Assembly (NCBI GenBank): GCA_947313885.1
Contig: CAMZNU010000002.1
Location: 4,321-68,320, forward strand
Origin: an uncultured Clostridia bacterium
GTDB taxonomy: Bacteria; Bacillota; Clostridia; Lachnospirales; CAMZNU01
Length of the DNA: 64,000 bases
Reading direction: 5' to 3'
Shown: piece after piece, positions 8,971-18,408 of the stretch
Position numbering within the stretch: position 1 is the stretch's first letter
How the letters are laid out: each line of letters opens with the position of its first letter
The notes under the pieces: model-generated
What the model was told of the DNA's origin: nothing
Database searches by the model: none
Seen by the model: the letters and a program-made list of their open reading frames with translations, nothing else
Made by a program: the position numbers and the translations under genes

Positions 8971-10692
8971 ATGAATAATATTGATTTAAAAGGAATGCCA
9001 TTTAATTTAAATGATGAGGAAATAAAATGGGTAAATGAAACAAAAAATAATATGAGTATTGAAGAAAAAATAGGACAATTATTTTTCTTAATAGGATTTA
9101 CAACAGAAAAAGAAGTTTTAAAATCAGTAGTGAACAATATTAGACCAGGCGGAATGATGTATAGAAAAACGGGACAAAAAAATGTAGTAGAAGCACATAA
9201 AACTTTACAAAGTGCATCAAAAATTCCGATGCTTTTAGCCGCTAATATAGAGGCAGGAGGTAATGGACTTATAGAAGAAGGAACATTTTATGGTCATCAA
9301 ATGTTAGTAGGAGCTACAAAAGATGAAGAATATGCATATAAGCTAGGGCTAATATCAGGAAGAGAAGCAGGATCTGTAGGTGGTAATATGGCGTTTGCTC
9401 CAATTCTTGATATAAATAAAAACTTTAGAAATCCAATTACAAATGTAAGATCTTTTGGAGATGATAAAGAAACGATAGCAAAAATGAGTTCGGCATATGT
9501 TAGAGGTGCACAAGATGCAGGAATTAGTGTAACTATAAAACATTTCCCAGGTGATGGGATGGACGGTAGAGATCAACATTTAGTAACTACACATAATACA
9601 TGTGAAGTTGATGAATGGAGAGAAAGTTTTGGAATGATATATGAAAAAAGTATAAAAGATGGTGCAAGAGGATTAATGGTAGGACATATATCATTGCCAG
9701 CGTATATGGATAAGTATGCAAGTGATAAACCAGAATTAAAATACTATCCAGCAACATTAAACCCAGTATTATTAAATAAACTTTTAAGAGAAGAGTTAGG
9801 GTATAACGGTTTAACAATGACAGATGCAACATTAATGACAGGATTTGGACAAATGGGTAAAAGAAAAGATTTAGTACCGGAAAGTATAGCGGCAGGTTGT
9901 GATATGTTTTTATTTACAAGAATGCCAGAAGACGATTATAAGTTTATGATGGACGGATATAAAAATGGAGTAATTACAGATGAGAGGTTAGATGAAGCGT
10001 TAACAAGAATATTAGCAATGAAAGCATCGTTAAAAATGAACGGTAAAACAGTAGATGAGTTAGTGCCAGATAACTTTGATAAAATAAATAAAGAAGAACA
10101 TGATAGATGGACAAAAGAATTAGCTTATAAAGGAGTAACATTAGTTAAAAATGATGAAAATTTATTACCACTTGATAATAAAAAATACAAAAAAATAGGA
10201 ATAATGTATAACGGAAATGAATCTTTAGAAAAAGCAGTATTCGGAGAAGAAGAAAAAGGATTAAAAGTATATGAGAAGATGGTAAATGCATTAAACAAGC
10301 AAGGGTTTGAAGCTTTTTACTATGACTTTGGTAACATTATGAACGTGTTACAAGACATGCAAAAACCATTAGACGAGTGGACAAGTCAATTTGATGCAAT
10401 CATATATTTAACAAAAAAAGAAGTTATGTCAAATCAAACTAGCTTACAATTAAATTATAAAGCTATGGGATTTGATGCACCATGGTTTGTAAAAGAAGTA
10501 CCAACAATATTAGTATCTTTAGCAAATCCTTATCAAACTTATGACTTACCTATGATAAATACAGTTATAAATGCATATTCAGCTACAGAACATATTTTTG
10601 ATGCTATAGCAGAAAAAATAGCAGGTAAAAGTAAATTTGAAGGTATATCACCAGTACAATTAGACTTTAAAGAAATACCAATTATTTTATAG
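8971..10692 (+). CDS. Glycoside hydrolase family 3 protein, NagZ/Nag3-like (Asp-His dyad type)
   Basis: 573 aa. The GH3 N-domain carries KHFPGDGMDGRDQH, which fits the pattern KHFPG-x-G-x4-D-x-H. No signal peptide. Confidence 0.8.
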   Translation: MNNIDLKGMPFNLNDEEIKWVNETKNNMSIEEKIGQLFFLIGFTTEKEVLKSVVNNIRPGGMMYRKTGQKNVVEAHKTLQSASKIPMLLAANIEAGGNGLIEEGTFYGHQMLVGATKDEEYAYKLGLISGREAGSVGGNMAFAPILDINKNFRNPITNVRSFGDDKETIAKMSSAYVRGAQDAGISVTIKHFPGDGMDGRDQHLVTTHNTCEVDEWRESFGMIYEKSIKDGARGLMVGHISLPAYMDKYASDKPELKYYPATLNPVLLNKLLREELGYNGLTMTDATLMTGFGQMGKRKDLVPESIAAGCDMFLFTRMPEDDYKFMMDGYKNGVITDERLDEALTRILAMKASLKMNGKTVDELVPDNFDKINKEEHDRWTKELAYKGVTLVKNDENLLPLDNKKYKKIGIMYNGNESLEKAVFGEEEKGLKVYEKMVNALNKQGFEAFYYDFGNIMNVLQDMQKPLDEWTSQFDAIIYLTKKEVMSNQTSLQLNYKAMGFDAPWFVKEVPTILVSLANPYQTYDLPMINTVINAYSATEHIFDAIAEKIAGKSKFEGISPVQLDFKEIPIIL

Positions 10693-10712
10693 AGCTAAAA
10701 TAGGAGAATTTT

Positions 10713-12497
10713 ATGAAAGCTATAATGATTATGTTCGATACACTTAGTAGAAGATATTTACCTAACTATGGAAATGATTGGGTTAAAATGCCAAACTTTG
10801 AGCGTTTAGGTGAAAAAACAGTAACTATGGACAATTTTTATGTAGGAAGTTTACCATGTATGCCAGCTAGACGTGAGTTACATACAGGGCGTGTAAACTT
10901 TTTACATAGAGGTTGGTCGCCTCTTGAACCATTTGACGATTCAATGCCAGAAATATTAAAAAATAATAATGTATATACACACCTTATTACAGACCATCAA
11001 CATTATTGGGAAGATGGGGGAGCTACGTATCATAATAGATATAATTCTTATGAGTTTATAAGAGGGCAAGAAGGTGATTTATGGAAAGGTGTTGTAAAAG
11101 ATCCAGAAGATATGCCAGAGCATATTAATCATATGCTAGGATTTATGAAAGAAATTAGAAGACATGATTTTATAAATCGCAAATATATGATAGAAGATGA
11201 GGATTATCCGCAAGCACAATGTTTTAATAAAGGTCTTGAATTTTTAGAAAAAAATAAAGATGCTGATAATTGGTTTTTACAAATAGAATCTTTTGATCCT
11301 CATGAACCATTTTGTGTACCAGATAGATTTAAGGAAATGTATAAAGATGAATTTGAAGGTGAATTTGATTGGCCAGGGTATGGAAATAGTGGTAGTGATT
11401 CAGAGGAAAAAATAAAACATGGAAGACATATGTATGCAGCACTTATGAGTATGTGCGATGAATATTTAGGTAAAGTTATAGACTTTATGGATGATAATAA
11501 TATGTGGGATGATACTATGCTTATTGTCAATACAGACCATGGTTTTTTAATGGGAGAAAAAGAGTGGTGGGGTAAAAATATTATGCCAAATTACAATGAA
11601 GTAGCGCATACACCATTTTTCATATGGGATCCTAGAACTAAAATTAAAAACGAAAGAAGACAATCGTTAAGCCAAACGATAGATATAGCACCGACTATCC
11701 TTGATTATTTCGAACAAGAAATACCAAAAGATATGGAAGGTAAAACATTAAAAGATGTAGTAAAGACAGATAGTAAAATAAGGGATTACGGATTGTACGG
11801 TATATTTGGTGGACATGTAAATATTACAGATGGAAAATATACGTATATGAGGTCTTGCGACACATTTGGTAATGGTGATATTTTTGAATATACACTAATG
11901 CCTATGGATATGCGAGGAATGAAAAGCACAAAAATATTAGAAAAAGCACAACTTAGCAAACCATTCAATTTCACAAAAGGCGTACCACTGTTAAAAATGA
12001 AACCTAGTATGGCTATGATAAATCCTTATTTAACTGGTCATATGTTATTTGATTTAAAAAATGATCCATATCAACAAAATGCTATAGATAATTTTGAAAT
12101 AGAAAGTGAGATGTGTAAAGCAATAGTTGAATTAATGGTTAAAAATGATGCACCAAAAGAGCAATTTGAAAGAATAGGTTTATCATCAAGTAAAGAAATA
12201 ACAGCAGAACAATTAAAAGAAAATAAAATAAGAAGAGAAGAAGATGAAAATAGATTATTTGAAATGTTAGGAATGGAAATAGAAGATGATGCTAAAAATC
12301 CATTTTTAAGCTTAGCTAGTAACGTGCCAAAAGATTTTTTAGGAAACTTTATAGGTGGATTTAAAAAAATATTAGAACAAAAAAATGTAGATGTTGTAAC
12401 TATTAATGAAGTTGTTGAATTTATGAAACTACAAATGCCACCGCAATTTGCATCATTTGCAGGTATGTTAATTAAATCATCATCAAGACGAAAATAG
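10713..12497 (+). CDS. Cys-type sulfatase (S1 family), cytoplasmic
   Basis: 594 aa. It has the sulfatase signature LPCMPARRELHTGR (C-x-P-x-R), the metal-site motifs MFDT and NTDHGF, and no signal peptide. A maturase gene lies two ORFs downstream. Confidence 0.85.
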   Translation: MKAIMIMFDTLSRRYLPNYGNDWVKMPNFERLGEKTVTMDNFYVGSLPCMPARRELHTGRVNFLHRGWSPLEPFDDSMPEILKNNNVYTHLITDHQHYWEDGGATYHNRYNSYEFIRGQEGDLWKGVVKDPEDMPEHINHMLGFMKEIRRHDFINRKYMIEDEDYPQAQCFNKGLEFLEKNKDADNWFLQIESFDPHEPFCVPDRFKEMYKDEFEGEFDWPGYGNSGSDSEEKIKHGRHMYAALMSMCDEYLGKVIDFMDDNNMWDDTMLIVNTDHGFLMGEKEWWGKNIMPNYNEVAHTPFFIWDPRTKIKNERRQSLSQTIDIAPTILDYFEQEIPKDMEGKTLKDVVKTDSKIRDYGLYGIFGGHVNITDGKYTYMRSCDTFGNGDIFEYTLMPMDMRGMKSTKILEKAQLSKPFNFTKGVPLLKMKPSMAMINPYLTGHMLFDLKNDPYQQNAIDNFEIESEMCKAIVELMVKNDAPKEQFERIGLSSSKEITAEQLKENKIRREEDENRLFEMLGMEIEDDAKNPFLSLASNVPKDFLGNFIGGFKKILEQKNVDVVTINEVVEFMKLQMPPQFASFAGMLIKSSSRRK

Positions 12498-12507
12498 GGG
12501 GATACAT

Positions 12508-13857
12508 ATGGAATCTAATAAAGGCAAAATGCCATTAAAAAACATAATGGGATACGGTGTAGCATCAATAGGATTTAACTTTGTATATTTATTATCAGCA
12601 CAATTTTTAAATATTTATTATACGAATGTTTTAGGAATTTCCCTAGCGAGTGTTGGGGTTATAATGTTAATAGCAAGATTATGGGATGGGGTTAATGATC
12701 CTATAATGGGAAGTATAGTAGATAGAACCAATACAAAACAAGGTAAATATAGACCATATTTAATATGGGGAATACTTCCATTAGCAAGTACTACAGCACT
12801 GTTATATTACTATCCAAGTGCATTAGGTGAAAATAATAAAGTAATATATGCAGGAGTTACGTATATATTATTTGGTATGGCATATACTTTTGCAAACATA
12901 CCATACTTAGCTATGCAATCTACACTTTCTTATGATAGTGACGAGAGAACGAAAATAATAACTATAAAAAATGTATTTACATTAGTGGGAATATTGTTTA
13001 TGACTATAATTATTCCTAAGATAGCATTTGATAGCACAGGACCAACAGCATCAGGTTTTTTAAAAGGTGGTCTTATAGGTGCTGTTATAGTTATAATAAC
13101 AATGCCAATTAGTTATTTATCTACATCTAAATTTAAATTTAATGATGACATTAAAGAAAAAAAAGAGAAAATAACATTTGCAGATATGAAAGAAGCTTTA
13201 TTATCAAATAAACCATTAATGCAAATAGCAGGTACATTATTTATAATATCTATAGGTGGAACGTTAGTGGGAGGTGGTAACTACTACTTTATAAACGTAA
13301 TAGACCGTAGTGATTTAGTGGGGTTATTTGCACTATCAACTATGATGCCTATGATGGTTGGAATGGCTCTTATGCCAATAGCTATGAAGTTTGAGAAAAA
13401 GAATGTAATGGGATATGGAATGATAATGTATGGAGTAGTTTCGTTTATAATGTTTTTTGTACCACAGGAAAACCCAATGTTGTTTATTATATTAAATGGA
13501 GTTAGAGGATTAGGATTTGGAACAGCGATGATATTAATATGGTCAATGATAGCAGATACGGTAGACTATGCGAAATTAAAAACGGGTAAACAACAAGGTG
13601 GTATAGTGTTTTCAACATCAACATTTATGCAAAAGTCAGCAGGTGGGTTAGGTATTGCACTTATGAATTTTTTAATGATTAAAGTAGGTCTTGATGCCAC
13701 ATCTAATGTACAATCAGCTAGTACGGCTAAAGGGTTAATATTTATAATAGCAGTATTACCAGGTATACTATATTTAATTAATGGTATATATCTAATATTA
13801 AAATATCCATTAAATAAATCATACATGAAAGAAATACAAGAAAAATTAGGTAGATAA
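12508..13857 (+). CDS. Glycoside-pentoside-hexuronide (GPH/MelB family) cation symporter
   Basis: 449 aa polytopic membrane protein with the GPH motif WDGVNDPIMGSIVDRTNTKQGKYRPY. Confidence 0.85.
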   Translation: MESNKGKMPLKNIMGYGVASIGFNFVYLLSAQFLNIYYTNVLGISLASVGVIMLIARLWDGVNDPIMGSIVDRTNTKQGKYRPYLIWGILPLASTTALLYYYPSALGENNKVIYAGVTYILFGMAYTFANIPYLAMQSTLSYDSDERTKIITIKNVFTLVGILFMTIIIPKIAFDSTGPTASGFLKGGLIGAVIVIITMPISYLSTSKFKFNDDIKEKKEKITFADMKEALLSNKPLMQIAGTLFIISIGGTLVGGGNYYFINVIDRSDLVGLFALSTMMPMMVGMALMPIAMKFEKKNVMGYGMIMYGVVSFIMFFVPQENPMLFIILNGVRGLGFGTAMILIWSMIADTVDYAKLKTGKQQGGIVFSTSTFMQKSAGGLGIALMNFLMIKVGLDATSNVQSASTAKGLIFIIAVLPGILYLINGIYLILKYPLNKSYMKEIQEKLGR

Positions 13858-13872
13858 TAAGAGGAGAAAAAA

Positions 13873-14985
13873 TTGAAAAATATAAATTTTTTAATAAAAC
13901 CATCATCTAGTAAATGTAACTTAAAATGTAAATATTGTTTTTATAATGACATAGCACAAAATAGAGATGTAGCAGATTACGGATTTATGAAAATTGAAAC
14001 GGCTAAAAATATTATAGAAAAAGCATATAAATTTTCAAATGGCGGTTATGTAACATTTGCATTTCAGGGAGGCGAACCTACATTAATAGGTATCGAGTTT
14101 TATGAAAAATTTGTAGAAATGACAATAAGTAAATTTGGAAGCCTAAAGAATATAGCTTTTGCGTTACAAACAAATGGAATTATTATTAATGATGAATGGG
14201 GAAAATTTTTTAAAGAAAACAATTTCTTAGTAGGAATATCTATAGATGGAACAAAAGATATACATAACTTAAACAGAATTGACTTTAGTAATGAAGGGAC
14301 TTACAAAGAAGCATTAAGAGGTGTTAAAATATTAGAAAAATATGAAGTGGACTTTAATATTTTAACTGTAGTGCATAAAGTTGTGTCAAAGAAAATAAAT
14401 AAAATATATCGAGAATATAGAAAAAATAACTTTACTCATTTGCAGTTTATACCGTGTATAGACATAAATGAAAAAAGTGATCCGAATAATTTTTTATTAA
14501 CAAATGAACAACATTTATTATTTTTAAAATCACTATTTGATTTATGGTATACAGATTATATGAATGGTAATAAAGTTAACATCAGATATTTTGATAATAT
14601 ATTAGGAATATTTTTAGGATATTTACCAGAAAGTTGTACTACAATGGGAATATGCTCTATGCAACATGCAATAGAAGGAGATGGATCAGTATACCCATGT
14701 GATTTTTACGTAACAGATGAATACAAAATAGGGGACATAAATAGAGATGACATAGAAGACATGCAAAAAAATAATATTACTAGTGATTTTATTAAGGAAT
14801 CTTATGTTCTAAATAATGATTGCAAAAGATGTGAATTTTTACAACTGTGCAGAGGTGGCTGTAAAAAGTTCAGAAATGATAAAAAAAATTATTACTGTAA
14901 TACGTATAAAGAATTTTTTAAATATTCGCATGAAAGATTTAATAAGTTAGCTACAAAAATAAAAATGGATACTTTTATAAAATAA
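13873..14985 (+). CDS. Anaerobic sulfatase-maturating enzyme (radical SAM / SPASM)
   Basis: 370 aa with a TTG start. It has the radical-SAM motif CNLKCKYC (Cx3Cx2C), GGEPTL, and C-terminal Cys clusters including CKRCEFLQLCRGGC. It is adjacent to the Cys-type sulfatase. Confidence 0.85.
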   Translation: MKNINFLIKPSSSKCNLKCKYCFYNDIAQNRDVADYGFMKIETAKNIIEKAYKFSNGGYVTFAFQGGEPTLIGIEFYEKFVEMTISKFGSLKNIAFALQTNGIIINDEWGKFFKENNFLVGISIDGTKDIHNLNRIDFSNEGTYKEALRGVKILEKYEVDFNILTVVHKVVSKKINKIYREYRKNNFTHLQFIPCIDINEKSDPNNFLLTNEQHLLFLKSLFDLWYTDYMNGNKVNIRYFDNILGIFLGYLPESCTTMGICSMQHAIEGDGSVYPCDFYVTDEYKIGDINRDDIEDMQKNNITSDFIKESYVLNNDCKRCEFLQLCRGGCKKFRNDKKNYYCNTYKEFFKYSHERFNKLATKIKMDTFIK

Positions 14986-15045
14986 GATAAAAGCTAAATC
15001 GCAGTTTAAACAGGTATTAAGGTCAAGGTAAAAAAATATGAAGAG

Positions 15046-15082
15046 AGAAGCTGATTTCTGTAGTTTACAGGAGTCGGCTTCT
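15046..15082 (+). terminator. Terminator hairpin after the anSME gene; core of repeat copy A
   Basis: agaagctgatttctgta-gtt-tacaggagtcggcttct followed by ttaaatt. The three non-Watson-Crick positions are G-U pairs only in the + strand RNA. Confidence 0.6.
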
Positions 15083-15531
15083 TTAAATTACATTGGTATA
15101 CTTGTGTTCATAATAGCCAACCCCATTTTCCTATATACTTTTTTCCATCGCTATGTATTACTCGCTATTTTCCAAACCCACCGTTTCAATGCGTAACTAT
15201 CTTCAAATATAAGCGTAGATTCCTTTCTATTTTACTATCTGCCATAAAATGTAACTGGATACGTTATTGCGTTAGAGTAATTTTTTTAACGAATTTATTT
15301 GTTCTTAAATTTTCAACTTCATTTTTGGTAAATGATAATTTACTAATGACCTTAACTCCGTATATATTATTGTATAAAGAAAAGTCTATATAATAGGCTT
15401 TTTTAGTGTACATTATGTAGGTTTTAGTTTAAATACAATAGAAGTTTTTTTATTTTACAATCTTCAAAATAAAAATATAGAAATAAAGTATTTAATTGTG
15501 TATAATTAGTAAAAAAAATAAGGAGGAATGC

Positions 15532-16410
15532 ATGAATGACATAAAGAGTTTACTTGAAAAAGCTAAAAAAGTTAGTGGTAATAAAATAGCAGTAGCAGTA
15601 GCAGAAGATAAAGAAGTTTTAAAGAGTGTAGAGATGGGATATTTAGAAGGTATCTCAGAATATATTTTAGTAGGAGATGAAATAAAAATAAGAGATATAG
15701 CAAAAAAAAATAACATAGATATTAAAAATCATAAAATAATTGATTGTAAAGACAATATAGAAGCTTGCGAAATAGCGGTTAAGTTAGTAAAAAATAATGA
15801 AGCTAATGCGTTAATGAAAGGACTAATAGATACAAGTGTAATATTAAAGGCGTCATTGAATAAAGAATGGGGCTTAAGAACAGGTAATTTAATTAGTCAT
15901 TTAGCAGTGTTTGAAATGGACACGTATAAAAAATTATTATTTGTTACAGATTGTGCAATAAATATAAATCCAGATTTAGAGGCTAAAAAAAGTATAGTTA
16001 AAAATTCTTTAAAGGCATTAAACAATTTAGGATTAAAAGAAATAAAAGTTGGAGTAATATGTGCTAAAGAAAAAATGAATCCCAAAATGCAATCTACAGT
16101 AGATGCAGTTGAGTTAGTAAAAGAGTTTTCTGATAAATGCATAATAGAAGGACCCGTTGCAATGGACGGTGCTATAAGTAAAAAAGCATCAGAAATAAAA
16201 GGTATAGATTCAAAAATAGCAGGTGCTGTAGATTTAGTAGTAATGGACAATATAGAGGCAGGAAATGTTTTATATAAAACATTAACATACTTATGTGAGG
16301 CGCAAAATGGCGGTGTAGTTCTTGGAACATTAAAACCAATTATATTAACTAGTAGAGCAGACAGTGCAAAATCAAAATTAATTTCGATGGCACTAGGTGT
16401 ATTATCATAG
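15532..16410 (+). CDS. ptb: Phosphate butyryltransferase
   Basis: PTA/PTB family protein directly upstream of butyrate kinase. I place the start at the in-frame ATG at 15532, which has an aggagg RBS at 15521-15526. The listed start at 15496 has no RBS. Confidence 0.85.
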   Translation: MNDIKSLLEKAKKVSGNKIAVAVAEDKEVLKSVEMGYLEGISEYILVGDEIKIRDIAKKNNIDIKNHKIIDCKDNIEACEIAVKLVKNNEANALMKGLIDTSVILKASLNKEWGLRTGNLISHLAVFEMDTYKKLLFVTDCAININPDLEAKKSIVKNSLKALNNLGLKEIKVGVICAKEKMNPKMQSTVDAVELVKEFSDKCIIEGPVAMDGAISKKASEIKGIDSKIAGAVDLVVMDNIEAGNVLYKTLTYLCEAQNGGVVLGTLKPIILTSRADSAKSKLISMALGVLS

Positions 16411-16418
16411 GAGGAAAG

Positions 16419-17483
16419 ATGAAAATTTTAGCTATCAATCCAGGATCAACGACGACAAAGATATCACTATATGAAAATGAAAAATGTATATTTGTAAAAA
16501 ATATAGAACATTCATCAGAGTATTTAAGTAAATTTGATAAAATAATAGAACAAAAAAACTTTAGAATTGAAGAAGTTAAAAAAGCTATTAAAGAAAATGA
16601 AATTAGTATAGATGAGATAGATGTATTTGTCGGAAGAGGTGGGCTAGTTCGTCCTATAGCAAGTGGAACATATAAAATAAACGATGCATTAATAAAAGAT
16701 TTAGAAGATGGATATATGGGAGAACATGCATCAAACTTAGGTGGGCTAATAGCTTATGAGCTTGGCAGTATAAATAATAAGAATAATTACATTGTAGACC
16801 CTGTAGTAGTAGATGAGTTAGATGACGTTGCTAGAATTACAGGCTTAAAAGGAATTGAGAGAAAATCTATTTTTCATGCATTAAATCAAAAAGCAGTAGC
16901 TAAAAGGTACGCAAAAGAAGTTAATAAACAATATAATGAATTAACATTAATCGTTGCACATATGGGTGGCGGTATATCTGTAGGGTTGCATAAAAATGGT
17001 AGAGTTATAGAAACAAATAATGCATTAGGAGGAGATGGACCGTTTTCACCAGAGAGGGCAGGAGTGCTACCAATGTTTGAATTTCTTAAATATGCAAAGA
17101 ATATGCCAATAGACGAAATAAATAAATCAATTAAAGGTGCAGGAGGGCTAGTAGATTATTTTAAAACTAGTGACGTTAGAGAAGTTGAAAAGTTAAAACT
17201 AAAAGGTAATAAAGAAAGTGATATAGTTCTAGAAGCTATGGCATATAGCATAGCAAAGGAAATAGGAGCATTCGCAACAGTTGCATCAGGAAAAGTAGAG
17301 CAAATAATTTTAACAGGTGGAGTTGCATATAGTGAATATATAACATCATACATTGAAGAAAAAGTTGGATATATATGTGGAGTAACACGTTATCCAGGTG
17401 AGGATGAAATGGAAGCATTAACGTTAGGAGCATTACGAGTAGAGTTAGGAGAGGAAACAGTGAAAGAATATATAGTGAAGTAA
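16419..17483 (+). CDS. buk: Butyrate kinase
   Basis: 354 aa acetate/butyrate kinase family protein with ILAINPGSTTTK and AHMGGGIS. Paired with ptb. Confidence 0.9.
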   Translation: MKILAINPGSTTTKISLYENEKCIFVKNIEHSSEYLSKFDKIIEQKNFRIEEVKKAIKENEISIDEIDVFVGRGGLVRPIASGTYKINDALIKDLEDGYMGEHASNLGGLIAYELGSINNKNNYIVDPVVVDELDDVARITGLKGIERKSIFHALNQKAVAKRYAKEVNKQYNELTLIVAHMGGGISVGLHKNGRVIETNNALGGDGPFSPERAGVLPMFEFLKYAKNMPIDEINKSIKGAGGLVDYFKTSDVREVEKLKLKGNKESDIVLEAMAYSIAKEIGAFATVASGKVEQIILTGGVAYSEYITSYIEEKVGYICGVTRYPGEDEMEALTLGALRVELGEETVKEYIVK

Positions 17484-17523
17484 GTTATATTTAAAAAAAA
17501 TAGTAATACAATATAATAAAAGT

Positions 17524-18408
17524 ATGAAGAGGTATAAGATGAATTTAATTAATTTAGTAAGAGGATTTTTAATGGCAGTAGCTGATAGTATGCCTGGGGT
17601 ATCAGGTGGTACAATTGCGTTTATAATGGGTTTTTATGATAAATTAATTAAAAACATAGATACGATTATATATAGTAAAACTATTAGAGAAAAAAAAGAA
17701 CCTATTACTTTTTTATTACAGCTAGGTGTTGGGTGGATAATAGGGTTAGTGTTATCAGTAAAATTAATAAGTAGTATTTTTGAAAATAATATATATTTAA
17801 TAAGTTCGTTATTTATTGGATTTATAGTATTTTCAATTCCGTATTTAATTTTAGAAGAAGTGGAAGTTTTAAAAAAGAATAAAAAAGGAATTTTATTTAC
17901 AGTAGTAGGGGCGATAGGTGTCTATTTAATATCATCACAAAGTGGTGAAGTAATAAATATTGGTGGTAGTTTAAATGAAACAAATTATATATATTTGTTT
18001 TTTAGTGGAGCGATAGCTATAAGTGCAATGATTCTACCAGGAATATCAGGCTCTACGTTGTTATTAATATTAGGCGTATATTCGCAAATTATATTTACGA
18101 TTGACGAAGTAATAAGTTTTAACTTTGCAAATATAGATATATTAATTATATTTGCAATAGGGATATTTTTTGGAGCATTATTTAGTGTAAAAACGGTATC
18201 GTATTGTTTAAAAAAATATAGGAGCAGTATAATTTATTTAGTAATAGGACTAATGATAGGATCAATATATGCTATTACAGTAGGTCCAGCCACATTAGAT
18301 ACACCTGTGGATAAAATGGATTCAACTACATTTAATTTTATATTTTTTATAATAGGCGGTATGTGTATAACTTTATTGGAAAAAATGAATAGGAGAGAAA
18401 AGAGATGA
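17524..18408 (+). CDS. DUF368 family polytopic membrane protein (polyprenyl-phosphate transporter family)
   Basis: 294 aa with about 8 TM segments and the duplicated motifs MPGVSGGT and LPGISGST. An alternative start at 17539 is preceded by gaagagg. Confidence 0.75.
   Translation: MKRYKMNLINLVRGFLMAVADSMPGVSGGTIAFIMGFYDKLIKNIDTIIYSKTIREKKEPITFLLQLGVGWIIGLVLSVKLISSIFENNIYLISSLFIGFIVFSIPYLILEEVEVLKKNKKGILFTVVGAIGVYLISSQSGEVINIGGSLNETNYIYLFFSGAIAISAMILPGISGSTLLLILGVYSQIIFTIDEVISFNFANIDILIIFAIGIFFGALFSVKTVSYCLKKYRSSIIYLVIGLMIGSIYAITVGPATLDTPVDKMDSTTFNFIFFIIGGMCITLLEKMNRREKR

Noticed and set aside
15100-15300. Possible T-box or other riboswitch on the minus strand, suggested by the acggtgggtttgg word.
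   Set aside because: It only superficially resembles the T-box sequence. No specifier-loop or antiterminator architecture is present, and no downstream gene on that strand could be regulated.
15496-15531. Listed upstream starts for ptb (15496), dxr (26513), rnr (28809) and the rnfB-like gene (45011).
   Set aside because: In each case an in-frame start further downstream has a proper Shine-Dalgarno sequence, and the extra residues are not part of the conserved family N-terminus. For the rnfB-like gene, the extension would overlap the 53-aa ORF.
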